This document shows positions 1 to 8,754 of a stretch of DNA of 54,005 bases, piece after piece; positions within the stretch are counted from its first letter, which is position 1; each line of letters opens with the position of its first letter. The position numbers were made by a program, and so were the translations under genes. The notes under the pieces were generated by a model. It searched no databases. It saw only the letters and a program-made list of their open reading frames with translations, and was not told the origin of the DNA. The DNA lies in the sequence record SRR20825019_2721. The stretch is one strand, 5' to 3'.

Positions 1-453
1 GGCCAGCCAATAGCGCAATTCGTAATTGTGCGAGGAGGTCTGGTGCACCACGCCAAAGCGTAGCTTCCGGGCGGTGGAACGGACAACCTGCGCCAGCGCC
101 TGGCCGGCCGGACCGGCCGCCAGATCGCCCGGCGCGCCAGCGTCTGCCATTTGCGCCCAGATGTCGGCGCTCACGGTAATGGCATTATTGCCCAGGCCGG
201 TCATCACCGGGGCGACCATCGGGGTCGCAATCGGGGTCAGGCCCAGATTCGCGGCAATCGGCATGGGCGCCAGCACCAGGGCGATGTCGAAATGCCCCAG
301 CGCCGTCCGGTCGCGAATATTGGCCCATGAGGATTCGCGTGTGAGGCCCAGCGTGAACCCTTCCTCTTCGGCAATGCCCAGTTCATGCGCCAGCACCAGA
401 AGGGCGCTGTCGAGCAGGGGGAGAAAGCCGGCGGTCAGGTGGGGGAGGGACAT
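1..453 (-). CDS. nasS: CmpA/NrtA-family nitrate-binding sensor (NasS-like), runs off the left end of the window
   Basis: Translated by hand (not in the ORF track): MSLPHLTAGFLPLLDSALLVLAHELG...SWANIRDRTALGHFD...RFGVVHQTSSHNYELRYWLA. No signal peptide; lies directly downstream of the ANTAR regulator. Confidence 0.8.
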   Translation of the reverse strand, partial: MSLPHLTAGFLPLLDSALLVLAHELGIAEEEGFTLGLTRESSWANIRDRTALGHFDIALVLAPMPIAANLGLTPIATPMVAPVMTGLGNNAITVSADIWAQMADAGAPGDLAAGPAGQALAQVVRSTARKLRFGVVHQTSSHNYELRYWLA

Positions 454-462
454 GGGTTGCTC

Positions 463-1053
463 CTATGGCCCAAGCAGATTGGCGGCGGTGATCAGGCTCT
501 GGGCAATATCGATCAGCCTGCGGTTCTGGTTCATGGCGGTCTTGCGCAACAGCGCATAGGCCTCGGGTTCGGAGAGACCCTTGGTCTGCATCAGAATGCC
601 CTTGGCCTGATCGATGATCTTGCGCTCCTCAAGCGCGCTGCGCGCCTCTTCGAGTTCCCGGCTCAGGCGCGAAAACGCATTGAAGCGGGAAATAGCCATG
701 TCGAGGATCGGCTTGACGCGTTCCTTCTTGAGGCCATCGACCACATAGGCGGAGACGCCCGCCTCGACCGCCTTTTCGATCATCGTGCCGTCCGAGCGGT
801 CGACGAACATGGCGATGGGGCGCTGGATGGCCCGGCTGAGCGAGAAGAAATGTTCCAGCGTGTCGCGCTTGGGGTTTTCGAGGTCGATGAAGATGACATC
901 GGGCATGGTCAGCGCGATGGTGCGCCCGACCTCGTTGACGTCATGGATCACCGCTACGCGCGCATAGCCGGCCTCACGCAGACCTTCCTCGATAATCGAG
1001 GCGCGAATGCGATTCTCGTCGATGATCAGGATGGACAGGTCGGGGCTCGGCAT
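463..1053 (-). CDS. nasT: Receiver-ANTAR antiterminator (NasT-like)
   Basis: N-terminal receiver-like domain and C-terminal ANTAR motif ERKIIDQAKGILM...EAYALLRKTAMNQN; ATG at 1053; paired with nasS. Confidence 0.88.
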   Translation of the reverse strand: MPSPDLSILIIDENRIRASIIEEGLREAGYARVAVIHDVNEVGRTIALTMPDVIFIDLENPKRDTLEHFFSLSRAIQRPIAMFVDRSDGTMIEKAVEAGVSAYVVDGLKKERVKPILDMAISRFNAFSRLSRELEEARSALEERKIIDQAKGILMQTKGLSEPEAYALLRKTAMNQNRRLIDIAQSLITAANLLGP

Positions 1054-1099
1054 CTTGCGCACTTATGCCTTTGCTCAGAAAAAGCACAAGTGCACAAAA

Positions 1100-1116
1100 T
1101 GCACATTTCCGATGCA
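1100..1116. promoter_or_regulatory. Possible NtrC-type binding site upstream of nasTS
   Basis: TGCACATTTCCGATGCA is TGCA-N9-TGCA (17 bp), resembling the NtrC consensus, upstream of nitrogen-regulated genes. Confidence 0.4.
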
Positions 1117-1157
1117 ATTTTGCTTGCAGCGGTACGAGCGCCCGGCGAGCCGGGCGC

Positions 1158-2018
1158 CTATTTGATCTCGGTGCGCCAGCTGAACTGAGGCGAATAGCCC
1201 AGCATGCGCTTGGCCTTCTCGATCGAGAGCAGCGTGCCATTGGTCGAAATATTGCCCTTCTGCTCGACCTCGGGGAACACCTCGGCCAAGAGGGAAATAT
1301 TGGATCGGGACATCACCGAATCCGCATTGGCAATGATGAAGGCCTCAAAGCCGGTGAACTCGGCCTGGATCGCGCGGCGCACCGCCTGCGCCCCGTCACG
1401 CGCATCGATATAGGCCCAGAGGTTCCATTTGCGCTTGCGCGGTTCGCTGTCGAAGCTCGGGAAGGCCTTGTAGTCCTCCGGATACATCACATTGGAGAAC
1501 CTCAGGCCTACCATGCGCAATTCCGGATCCCAGCGGCAGAACTGGGCCGCCATGGTTTCGTCGAGCAGCTTGCCCAGAGAATAGGCGCTTTCGGGCCGCG
1601 GGAAATACTCCTCATCCACCGGCGCATAGGGCGGCGGATTGTCGAAGGGCAGGCCGAGCACGGTTTCGCTCGACGCGAAAACCACGTTCTTGATTCCGGC
1701 CAGACGGCAGGATTCGAACACATTGTAACTTGAGGTGACATTGTTGGTCAGCGTGCGCGCATTGGCCGACAGGCCCGGCGCCGGTATGGCGGCCAGGTGC
1801 ACGACCGCATCGAACGGTCCGCCCCGTTCATCCACACCCCCCAGGATAGCGCTGGACACCTCGCCGAAATTGCTCAGATCGATCCGCACGCTGGGGCAGA
1901 TCGGTTCGGGCAGGGGCTGCTGATCGACATTGAGGACATCATAGCCATGCTCCACCAGATCGCGCAGCACCGCCCGCCCAAGCTTGCCGCTGCCGCCGGT
2001 CACCAGAACCTTGGTCAT
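1158..2018 (-). CDS. NAD(P)-dependent epimerase/dehydratase (extended SDR)
   Basis: VLVTGGSGKLG Rossmann motif, VVHLAA, YSLGK (YxxxK); strong SD GAGGAGGT before ATG 2018. Confidence 0.88.
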   Translation of the reverse strand: MTKVLVTGGSGKLGRAVLRDLVEHGYDVLNVDQQPLPEPICPSVRIDLSNFGEVSSAILGGVDERGGPFDAVVHLAAIPAPGLSANARTLTNNVTSSYNVFESCRLAGIKNVVFASSETVLGLPFDNPPPYAPVDEEYFPRPESAYSLGKLLDETMAAQFCRWDPELRMVGLRFSNVMYPEDYKAFPSFDSEPRKRKWNLWAYIDARDGAQAVRRAIQAEFTGFEAFIIANADSVMSRSNISLLAEVFPEVEQKGNISTNGTLLSIEKAKRMLGYSPQFSWRTEIK

Positions 2019-2119
2019 TAGAACCTCCTCTTTTTCCACGCGAATTCTCCGCGCTCCTTGCACACCAGCCTATTGCGGAACGCCGGTTCTGCCAACCGCT
2101 GCGATGCGGTTCCTGCGCG

Positions 2120-2156
2120 TTAACGAATGATGAACGGCGGTCTCAGGAGCCGTTCA
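2120..2156 (+). promoter_or_regulatory. 11-bp-period tetramer array TTAA-N7-TGAA-N7-CTCA-N7-TTCA, putative OmpR-family (FeuP?) site
   Basis: Same architecture as 2724-2760; a -10-like CATAAC lies 12 nt after the last TTCA. Confidence 0.5.
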
Positions 2157-2249
2157 AGCGGGCACGCTCATAACCGTCTCCAAGGTCGGTGCCCCGCATC
2201 GACACGCGGACCCCATCGGCCGCTTCACCACAGTTTAGGAGATACGAAA

Positions 2250-2696
2250 ATGCTCAAACTCACCGCCCTTGCCCTGCTCGCAGGCCTCGCCACCACCTCT
2301 GCCGCGCTGCCCAGCTATGCTCAGGCCAACATCCCGGGCACGCCCAATACCACCACCACCACGACGCCCAATAATCCCAGCTCCGGTCCGGACCATAATT
2401 GTGCGGACGAAATGGGCCATATGCGCTCGGTCAACGTCTTCGACATTGAGGGCATCCAGAGCCAGAAGATCTTCCTTTACCCGATCTGCGAAGACCCCAC
2501 AGTGCCCGGCAAGAACAATTACGGCACGCTGTTCATCAACGGCAATGTCAACGTGTTGCGCGAACCCATTGCCCGCAATGCCACGCTGATGAACGCGCTC
2601 ACCGCCAAGGGCTATGACCATAACGACGTGGTCTCGCTGCGTTTTGCCGCCGGCAACAGCATCTACCTCTACGTGCATCAGCGGGACATGAACTGA
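2250..2696 (+). CDS. Secreted hypothetical protein
   Basis: SD AGGAG and ATG 2250; Sec signal peptide (MLKLTALALLAGLA...SYAQA), Thr/Pro linker, two Cys. Confidence 0.75.
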   Translation: MLKLTALALLAGLATTSAALPSYAQANIPGTPNTTTTTTPNNPSSGPDHNCADEMGHMRSVNVFDIEGIQSQKIFLYPICEDPTVPGKNNYGTLFINGNVNVLREPIARNATLMNALTAKGYDHNDVVSLRFAAGNSIYLYVHQRDMN

Positions 2697-2723
2697 CACC
2701 GCCTCGCCGCCCTGGTGCCAGGA

Positions 2724-2760
2724 TGAACGCAAGCTGAATACGCCCATCAGCAACGGTTCA
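2724..2760 (+). promoter_or_regulatory. 11-bp-period tetramer array TGAA-N7-TGAA-N7-ATCA-N7-TTCA, putative OmpR-family (FeuP?) site
   Basis: TGAA CGCAAGC TGAA TACGCCC ATCA GCAACGG TTCA upstream of the SH3 gene. Confidence 0.5.
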
Positions 2761-2811
2761 AACCCATGGTGCCAGGGTATGTCCAACACCAGGTTTCGGA
2801 GGGCACTCGAA

Positions 2812-3150
2812 ATGAACAAGGCTCAGGAAAAAGTTCTCGTCGCCGCATTGTGCGGACTGATCGTCACCGCAGCAGCCGGCTTTGCCGTGCAGCCCGCCAT
2901 GGCCGCCGGCTATCATGTCGATACGCTCGGCCAGATCACCGGCGTGGCCGATTGGGACAAGCTCAATGTCCGCAAATGGCCGGCCAGCTATTCCCAGAAA
3001 GTGGGCAGCTTCGCACCCGGCCTGCATGTCTGGGTTGAGCGCTGCATCGAAGTTGAGAACAGCTCGGACTGGTGCCTCGTCGAACGCGGCGACACCAAGG
3101 GCTGGGTCAATTCGCGCTTTCTCGTTCCGGTCGAAGACTGGGACATCTGA
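2812..3150 (+). CDS. Exported bacterial SH3-domain protein
   Basis: Signal peptide then DKLNVRKWP...WCLVERGDTKGWVNSRFL (SH3b pattern); SD GGAGG. Confidence 0.8.
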   Translation: MNKAQEKVLVAALCGLIVTAAAGFAVQPAMAAGYHVDTLGQITGVADWDKLNVRKWPASYSQKVGSFAPGLHVWVERCIEVENSSDWCLVERGDTKGWVNSRFLVPVEDWDI

Positions 3151-3202
3151 CCCCTCTCCCAAGGTCGGTCCACTGGACCACTATCCCATGCATGTTGACT
3201 TT

Positions 3203-3250
3203 TCCGGTCCTCGGTTGTTCGTGGTAGGCAACCAGGACCGGAGTTTTTTT
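3203..3250 (+). terminator. Long hairpin plus T7 tract directly before the asparaginase start
   Basis: TCCGGTCCT(C)GGTTG pairs with CAACCAGGACCGGA and is followed by GTTTTTTT. Confidence 0.45.
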
Positions 3251-3253
3251 GCC

Positions 3254-4255
3254 ATGGATGCCAACCCCATTCTCGCTGAAGCCGTGCGCGGCAATTGGGT
3301 TGAAAACCGGCATCGCGGCGCCTTTGTCATCGTCGATGCAGAGGGCCAGGTGGTTGCTTCGGCCGGCGATATCGAGCGGCCCATCTTTCCCCGGTCCGCT
3401 ATCAAAGCCATGCAGGCCCTGGCCATTTTCGACCGGCACGCCGTTGAGCGCTTTCATCACTCGCCCGAAGAACTGGCGCTGGCCTGCGCCTCCCATCATG
3501 GCGAAGACGAGCATGTGAGCAATGTGAGCCAGTTCCTCGACCGTTTGGGCCTTTCGGTGAACGATCTGGAATGCGGCGCGCACATGCCGACCAATGCGAA
3601 GGCTCGCCAGGCCCTGCGCGCCGCGGCAACCGAACCCAGTGCGCTGCACAATAATTGCTCGGGCAAGCATTCGGGCATGCTCAGCGTTGCCCTGGCCATG
3701 GGCGTGCCGACCGAGGGCTATGTCGACCGGGAGCATGACGTGCAACGAGCCGTGCGGGCGGCGGTGGAATATGTGATCGGCGAGGACCTGACCGAAGACC
3801 GCTGCGGCACCGATGGCTGTTCAATTCCCACCTGGGCCGCCCCATTGAACGCCTGGGCGCGCGGCTTTGCCCGCATGGCCACGGGCGAAGGTCTGGATGG
3901 CGAACATGCCAAAGGGGCGCAGGCCCTGTTTGATGCGGCGACCAGCCATCCCCATCTGGTCGCCGGCACCGGTCACCTCGATACGCTGGTCATGGAGGCG
4001 TTCATGGGCCGCGTCATGCAGAAGGGGGGCGCCGAAGGCGTGCAATGCGGCGCCATCCGCGACAAGGGCTGGGGTTACGCGCTCAAATGCGACGACGGCA
4101 ATATGGTGGCCAGCCATGCCATGGTTGCCGCGCTGTTGCTCAAATTCGCCGATCCCGACGCCAATCAGACAACGGTGCTGGAACAGTTTGCCCGCCAGCC
4201 GATCAAGAATGTGCGGGGCACCGTGGTCGGTGAGATGCGGGCGGTTGGGATTTAG
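3254..4255 (+). CDS. ansA: L-asparaginase II (Rhizobium-type)
   Basis: RGNWVENRH, FPRSAIK, ACASHHGE, HNNCSGKHSG, DGCSIP and KGGAEG motifs of the asparaginase II family. Confidence 0.88.
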   Translation: MDANPILAEAVRGNWVENRHRGAFVIVDAEGQVVASAGDIERPIFPRSAIKAMQALAIFDRHAVERFHHSPEELALACASHHGEDEHVSNVSQFLDRLGLSVNDLECGAHMPTNAKARQALRAAATEPSALHNNCSGKHSGMLSVALAMGVPTEGYVDREHDVQRAVRAAVEYVIGEDLTEDRCGTDGCSIPTWAAPLNAWARGFARMATGEGLDGEHAKGAQALFDAATSHPHLVAGTGHLDTLVMEAFMGRVMQKGGAEGVQCGAIRDKGWGYALKCDDGNMVASHAMVAALLLKFADPDANQTTVLEQFARQPIKNVRGTVVGEMRAVGI

Positions 4256-4276
4256 CCAGCAGCCTGGCGCAAGCTC

Positions 4277-4969
4277 TCAAAGCCCGTAAATCGTCCCGGT
4301 TCCACAATTGCGGATGCGGTCGACCTTTTCGCCGTCCCAGTGATAGTCGAAATGATCGGCCTGCACCGGCACCGGGATCAAGTCGGGCCAGAAGATGGCG
4401 GCGCATTGCCCGTCGCTGGTGCGAACGCTGCGATAGACAATGCCATTGCTGCCCGCGCGCCGAAGCTGCCGGCCCAGGGCCTGCGGCGCCTGATAATCGT
4501 CCGGGTCGTGAAAGCGGTCGAATGGCCGGGCGTCATGCAGATCGAGATCGAGCCGGTTGACCAGCATGCGGAACTGCGAGGTCCAGCCCGGCGCTTCTGC
4601 GCTGGCGGCCATGGCGCGGCCGTGATGATGCGCGACTTCGCGAATCGCGACCTCCTCGGCATTGCCGGCGCTATAGACCCCATAACTGCCATCGGTGAAA
4701 CGGCCAGGCCGGTCATGGCTGACATGGACAAAGGGCGCCATCAGATAGCTCGCGCCCGGCCCGCTGACACGGCGTTCGGGCGGCACCAGGTCGAGCCGGC
4801 CCAGATGGCCCCACAGGCGTGGATTGGTTTTCGATTCGGCCGAAGCCAGCGCCTCCCAGTCGCGCGGGTCGGCAATATCTTCAAACAGGTCGATCGGCGG
4901 GTAGATCGAGCGGATCAGACGGTAGGCCCTGGGCCAGCTGACCCGCGTGAGGGCAGGGGTGTCGCTCAC
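4277..4969 (-). CDS. RES-domain toxin (NAD+ phosphorylase-type)
   Basis: RLIRSIYPP, GRFTDGSYGVYSA...AIRE, GIVYRSVR carry the R, E and S residues; 4-nt overlap with the upstream antitoxin. Confidence 0.88.
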   Translation of the reverse strand: MSDTPALTRVSWPRAYRLIRSIYPPIDLFEDIADPRDWEALASAESKTNPRLWGHLGRLDLVPPERRVSGPGASYLMAPFVHVSHDRPGRFTDGSYGVYSAGNAEEVAIREVAHHHGRAMAASAEAPGWTSQFRMLVNRLDLDLHDARPFDRFHDPDDYQAPQALGRQLRRAGSNGIVYRSVRTSDGQCAAIFWPDLIPVPVQADHFDYHWDGEKVDRIRNCGTGTIYGL

Positions 4970-5376
4970 CAGCCGCCACGCTCGGCATCAAGATAGCTGC
5001 GCACCCGCGCAAGAGCGAACAGGCTGCCCTCGGCCATGATGTCGACCGGCGTGCGGCCGGCGAAATCCCGATTGGGCTTCTTGACCCAGGCATAGCCACG
5101 CTCGGGATCGGTGAAGAGGTAGCGCAGGCCCTTGTGAATACCCATCAGCAGCGACAGGCGCGTGGCCAGGTCACGGTCGATGCGGCCCGGTTCACCGGCT
5201 TTCCAGCGGGCATGGGTCCGGGCGGCCAATCCTCCGAGAATATCGCGGGCTTCTGCGTCACTCACGCCCCAGCGCTCGAACAGCCGCATCACCGCGCGTG
5301 CCATGGCCGCCGACTCCGCATCGGTGATGGCGGCAAGTTCAGGTATGGCTTCTGTCCGCGGCAGTTCATGCAACAT
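4966..5376 (-). CDS. Xre/MbcA/ParS antitoxin
   Basis: N-terminal HTH, C-terminal WVKKPNRDFAGRTP...VRSYLDAERGG; SD AGGAG. Confidence 0.88.
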   Translation of the reverse strand: MLHELPRTEAIPELAAITDAESAAMARAVMRLFERWGVSDAEARDILGGLAARTHARWKAGEPGRIDRDLATRLSLLMGIHKGLRYLFTDPERGYAWVKKPNRDFAGRTPVDIMAEGSLFALARVRSYLDAERGGW

Positions 5377-5391
5377 GGTTCAACTCCTATT

Positions 5392-5425
5392 GGCATTAAA
5401 TAGGGCATTATTTGCCAAATGGCAA
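5392..5425 (-). promoter_or_regulatory. TA operon promoter and operator
   Basis: Minus strand TTGCCA-N17-TATTTA. An inverted repeat TTGCC-AAAT-GGCAA (5412-5425) overlaps the -35, and GGCATTA is repeated at 5392 and 5404. Confidence 0.55.
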
Positions 5426-5527
5426 GATATTGAGCCTGTGGCCAGTCGTCAGCTGGTCACTTGCTTGTTCCGACCGCCGCTGGGCGGCTATAAGAACGGC
5501 CAGGTACAGACCAACAGGTGATGCGGC

Positions 5528-7036
5528 ATGCTCGTGGACGGCGAAATCTTTCTGGGCGTGAGCGACAAGCCGGAATACCTCAAGCTCAAATATGCCAATC
5601 GCCACGGGCTGATCACCGGTGCAACAGGCACCGGCAAGACGGTGAGCCTGCAGGTGCTGACCGAAGGCTTTTCGGCGGCCGGCGTGCCGGTCTTCGCCGC
5701 CGATATCAAGGGCGACCTCTCCGGCGTTTCCCGCATGGGCAAGGCGCAGGACTGGCAGACCAGGCGGGCCGAGGAAATCGGCTTCACAGACTTTGCCGAC
5801 GATGTCTATCCGGTGATCTTCTGGGACTTGTTCGGCAAGCAGGGCCATCCGGTCCGTGCCACCATTTCGGAGATGGGCCCGGTATTGCTCAGCCGCATTC
5901 TCGACCTCAACGACACCCAGGAAGGCGTGCTCAACATCGCTTTCCGCGTGGCCGACGAAGAAGGCCTGTTGCTGCTCGATCTCAAGGATTTGCGGGCATT
6001 GCTGGTGGAGGTGCAGGAGCGGGCACGGGAAATTTCGGCGCGCTACGGCAATGTCACCACGGCCTCGATCGGCGCCATTCAGCGCGCCTTGCTGGTGCTT
6101 GAACAACAGGGCGCCGACCATTTCTTCGGGGAACGGGCGCTGGCCATCGACGATCTGATGCGCACCGATGCCGACGGGCGGGGCGTGGTCTCGATCCTGG
6201 CGGCCGACCAGCTCATGCAGTCGCCGCGGCTCTATGCGACCTTCCTGCTCTGGCTGCTCTCGGAATTGTTCGAGGTACTGCCCGAGGTGGGCGATCCGGA
6301 CAAACCCAAACTGGTCTTCTTCTTCGACGAAGCCCATCTGCTGTTCGATGACGCGCCCAAGGCACTGATCGACAAGGTCGAGCAGGTGGTCAAGCTGATC
6401 CGCTCCAAGGGTGTCGGGGTCTATTTCGTCACGCAAAACCCGGTCGATATTCCCGAGAGCGTGCTGGCCCAGCTCGCCAATCGCATCCAGCATGCCCTGC
6501 GCGCCTATACCCCGCGCGAGCAAAAAGCCGTGCGGGTGGCGGCCGAGACGTTCCGGCCCAATCCGGCGTTTTCGACCGAGGAGGCGATCACCCAGCTCGG
6601 TATTGGCGAGGCACTGGTGTCCGTGCTCGAAGCCAAGGGCGTGCCTTCCATGGTGGGGCGCACCTTAATTCGCCCGCCTTCGGCGCAGGTCGGGCCCATT
6701 TCTCCGGCCGAACGCGATGCGGCCCTCGCCAATTCGCCGGTGGGCGCGCTTTACGACACGGTGCTGGACCGCGAGTCGGCCTTTGAAGTGCTGCACAAAC
6801 GGGCGCGCGACAAGCAATTGGCCGAGGAGCGCGCCGACTTCGAGGCGCAGAAGCTTGAAGAAGCCGAACAACTGGCCAAGGAGCGGGCGCGGGCGGAAAA
6901 GGCCGCAGCGCCCCGCCGCAGCACGCGCCAATCGCCCACCGAGGCAGCGATGACCTCATTTGCCCGCACGGTCGCCAACACCCTGGGCCGCGAATTGGTG
7001 CGCGGCATTCTGGGTGGCTTGAAAGGGAGGCGCTGA
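5528..7036 (+). CDS. DUF853/YjgR HerA-like P-loop ATPase
   Basis: [15 protein letters not shown] Walker [11 protein letters not shown] Walker [16 protein letters not shown]-terminal LVRGILG. Confidence 0.9.
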   Translation: MLVDGEIFLGVSDKPEYLKLKYANRHGLITGATGTGKTVSLQVLTEGFSAAGVPVFAADIKGDLSGVSRMGKAQDWQTRRAEEIGFTDFADDVYPVIFWDLFGKQGHPVRATISEMGPVLLSRILDLNDTQEGVLNIAFRVADEEGLLLLDLKDLRALLVEVQERAREISARYGNVTTASIGAIQRALLVLEQQGADHFFGERALAIDDLMRTDADGRGVVSILAADQLMQSPRLYATFLLWLLSELFEVLPEVGDPDKPKLVFFFDEAHLLFDDAPKALIDKVEQVVKLIRSKGVGVYFVTQNPVDIPESVLAQLANRIQHALRAYTPREQKAVRVAAETFRPNPAFSTEEAITQLGIGEALVSVLEAKGVPSMVGRTLIRPPSAQVGPISPAERDAALANSPVGALYDTVLDRESAFEVLHKRARDKQLAEERADFEAQKLEEAEQLAKERARAEKAAAPRRSTRQSPTEAAMTSFARTVANTLGRELVRGILGGLKGRR

Positions 7037-7037
7037 C

Positions 7038-7589
7038 ATGGCCGGTCCAACGCAGACCTCCATCGCTGTCGCCATTTTCGCCTCCGACAAAGGACCGGGC
7101 GATCCCGAACGCGCCAGCCTGATGGGTGAAGTCGGACGCGTCTTTGCCCGCAAGGGCGCCCGCATGCTGTGCCTGGCCGAGAATGGCGTCATCCCCGTGC
7201 CGCTGATCACCGCCGCGCGGACCGCAGGCGGCACGGTCGAGATCGTGGCGGATGCGAGCATTGTGCTGCCACAGGCGCTGGCGGATGTGCCGATCACCAT
7301 TTTGTCGGACAAGGCGGAGCGGCAGACCTATCTCGCGGCCCAGAGCGCGGCCTTCGTGGTCCTGCCGGGGTCTCTCGCTTCGGTCTCGGCGCTGTTTGGC
7401 GCCTGGGCCTCAGGCGCCTCGCGGCCCGTCGTCATGCTCAACCGGCACCGTGCCTTTGAAGTGGTGCGCGGCTTTGCTGCCGATGTGCTGGCGGCCTCGG
7501 TGCCCAATCACGACCGTAATATCCAGTTCGCCGACACTGTCGAGGATCTCTGGAACAAGGTCATTTGGGTATTCGAGCAGCGGCACTAG
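7038..7589 (+). CDS. Degenerate LOG/SLOG-fold protein
   Basis: Overall LOG-like pattern (AIFAS..., ERQTYLAAQSAAFVVLPG, PVVMLN, IQFADTVEDL), but PGSLASVSA replaces PGGxGTxxE. Confidence 0.6.
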   Translation: MAGPTQTSIAVAIFASDKGPGDPERASLMGEVGRVFARKGARMLCLAENGVIPVPLITAARTAGGTVEIVADASIVLPQALADVPITILSDKAERQTYLAAQSAAFVVLPGSLASVSALFGAWASGASRPVVMLNRHRAFEVVRGFAADVLAASVPNHDRNIQFADTVEDLWNKVIWVFEQRH

Positions 7590-7594
7590 ACCGC

Positions 7595-8146
7595 TTACGC
7601 CAGCGGACCCTGGTCCGGACGTGCGGCGCGACGGTCGGGAAACAGCGGCACGACATTGTCGGTATAGCGCCGTCCCGGATGCGGCTCAGGCGTGCGCATG
7701 GGCACGCGATTGCGCCGTTCCGGCCCGCGATAGCCGAAACCCAATGCACCGATGACGCTGCGATTGAGCAGGCGCGCCTGCACCCGCTGCAGCAGATGGC
7801 GTGGCGACATCGGCTTGACCAGCACTTCGTCGATACCGGCGCTGATGGCCTGCTGGCGCATGGGCGGGGTAATCGCGCGTGTCATGGCGATGACGGGCAG
7901 GTCCCGCGAAACGAGGCTGGGATCGAGGCGGATGGCTTCCACCATTTCATAGGCGGGCCGGCCCTCGCGATCAAAGTCGACCACCAGCATGTCGAGCGGG
8001 GCGATGCGCATATAGGCGAACAGCTCCGCCTCGCTGTCGAAGGGACGGACGCGCAGGCGTGAGTCGCCGGCCAGCACCATGGTCAGCAAGGCGCTCAGGG
8101 CCGGGTTTGCCGCCAGAATGGCAATGGTCTTGCCTGCTGCAGTCAC
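7595..8146 (-). CDS. Atypical CheY-like receiver protein with Cle-type Arg-rich C-terminal motif
   Basis: Receiver fold (MLVVDFD, PVIAMT, VLVKP) followed by YRGPERR...RRYTD. GTG 8146 follows SD AAGGGGA; alternative ATG at 8161. Confidence 0.75.
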   Translation of the reverse strand: MTAAGKTIAILAANPALSALLTMVLAGDSRLRVRPFDSEAELFAYMRIAPLDMLVVDFDREGRPAYEMVEAIRLDPSLVSRDLPVIAMTRAITPPMRQQAISAGIDEVLVKPMSPRHLLQRVQARLLNRSVIGALGFGYRGPERRNRVPMRTPEPHPGRRYTDNVVPLFPDRRAARPDQGPLA

Positions 8147-8164
8147 GCAAATCCCCTTCATCTC

Positions 8165-8181
8165 GTTAAGCCTTCGTTAAC
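8165..8181. promoter_or_regulatory. CtrA box
   Basis: GTTAA GCCTTCG TTAAC is an exact TTAA-N7-TTAAC match. Confidence 0.75.
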
Positions 8182-8317
8182 ATGCTCAAACGGGGGATAG
8201 AAGAGCGCGGTTCCAGTTCTCAAGAGACAATAGCGGCGTGCGGCACCGCGACCGGTTGCACCCGGCGCCGGGCGCTGGTTGATTGGAGGCCATTGTTGAG
8301 CGGCGCGAGCGGGACTG

Positions 8318-8695
8318 TTGCGACCCATTTATCTTTTACTGGGCCTGGCCATGACGGGGCTCGGCATTGTCGGCGCCTTCGTGCCGCTGCTGCCCACCAC
8401 GCCACTGCTGATTCTGGCGACTTGGTTTTTTGCCCGCTCCTCGCCACGGCTGGAACGCTGGCTGCTTGAGCACCCCCGATTCGGCGCCTTGCTGCGCGCC
8501 TGGCGTGACCAGGGCGCCATCCCGCGTCGCGCCAAGATTCTGGCCTGCTGTGGCATTGCCGTGGGCGTGGTGTTTTTCTGGATCGGCGCGAAGCCCGGCT
8601 ACTGGCTATGGCTGACCGGTGCCGCCATTCTGGGCGGCAGTGCAGGCTATATCCTCTCCCGGCCCAATGGCTCGGCGCCCGCCAGGGCAGAATAG
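8318..8695 (+). CDS. YbaN/DUF454 membrane protein
   Basis: LGIVGAFVPLLPTTPLLILA...RSSPRLERWLLEHPRFG. Confidence 0.88.
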   Translation: MRPIYLLLGLAMTGLGIVGAFVPLLPTTPLLILATWFFARSSPRLERWLLEHPRFGALLRAWRDQGAIPRRAKILACCGIAVGVVFFWIGAKPGYWLWLTGAAILGGSAGYILSRPNGSAPARAE

Positions 8696-8702
8696 CGCCA
8701 AC

Positions 8703-8728
8703 AAAAAACGGCGGGATCGCTCCCGCCG
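8703..8728 (-). terminator. Intrinsic terminator after sodB
   Basis: CGGCGGGA-TCGC-TCCCGCCG hairpin with T6 on the minus strand. Confidence 0.75.
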
Positions 8729-8754
8729 CTTGAATTGGTGCAGAGCAACCGCAA

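Noticed and set aside
1138-1157. GC hairpin GCGCCCGG-CGAG-CCGGGCGC after the SDR stop
   Set aside because: No U-tract and no second copy seen, so it cannot be called a terminator or REP.
2349-2366. (ACC)n trinucleotide run
   Set aside because: Encodes a poly-Thr linker in frame; not a phase-variation tract.
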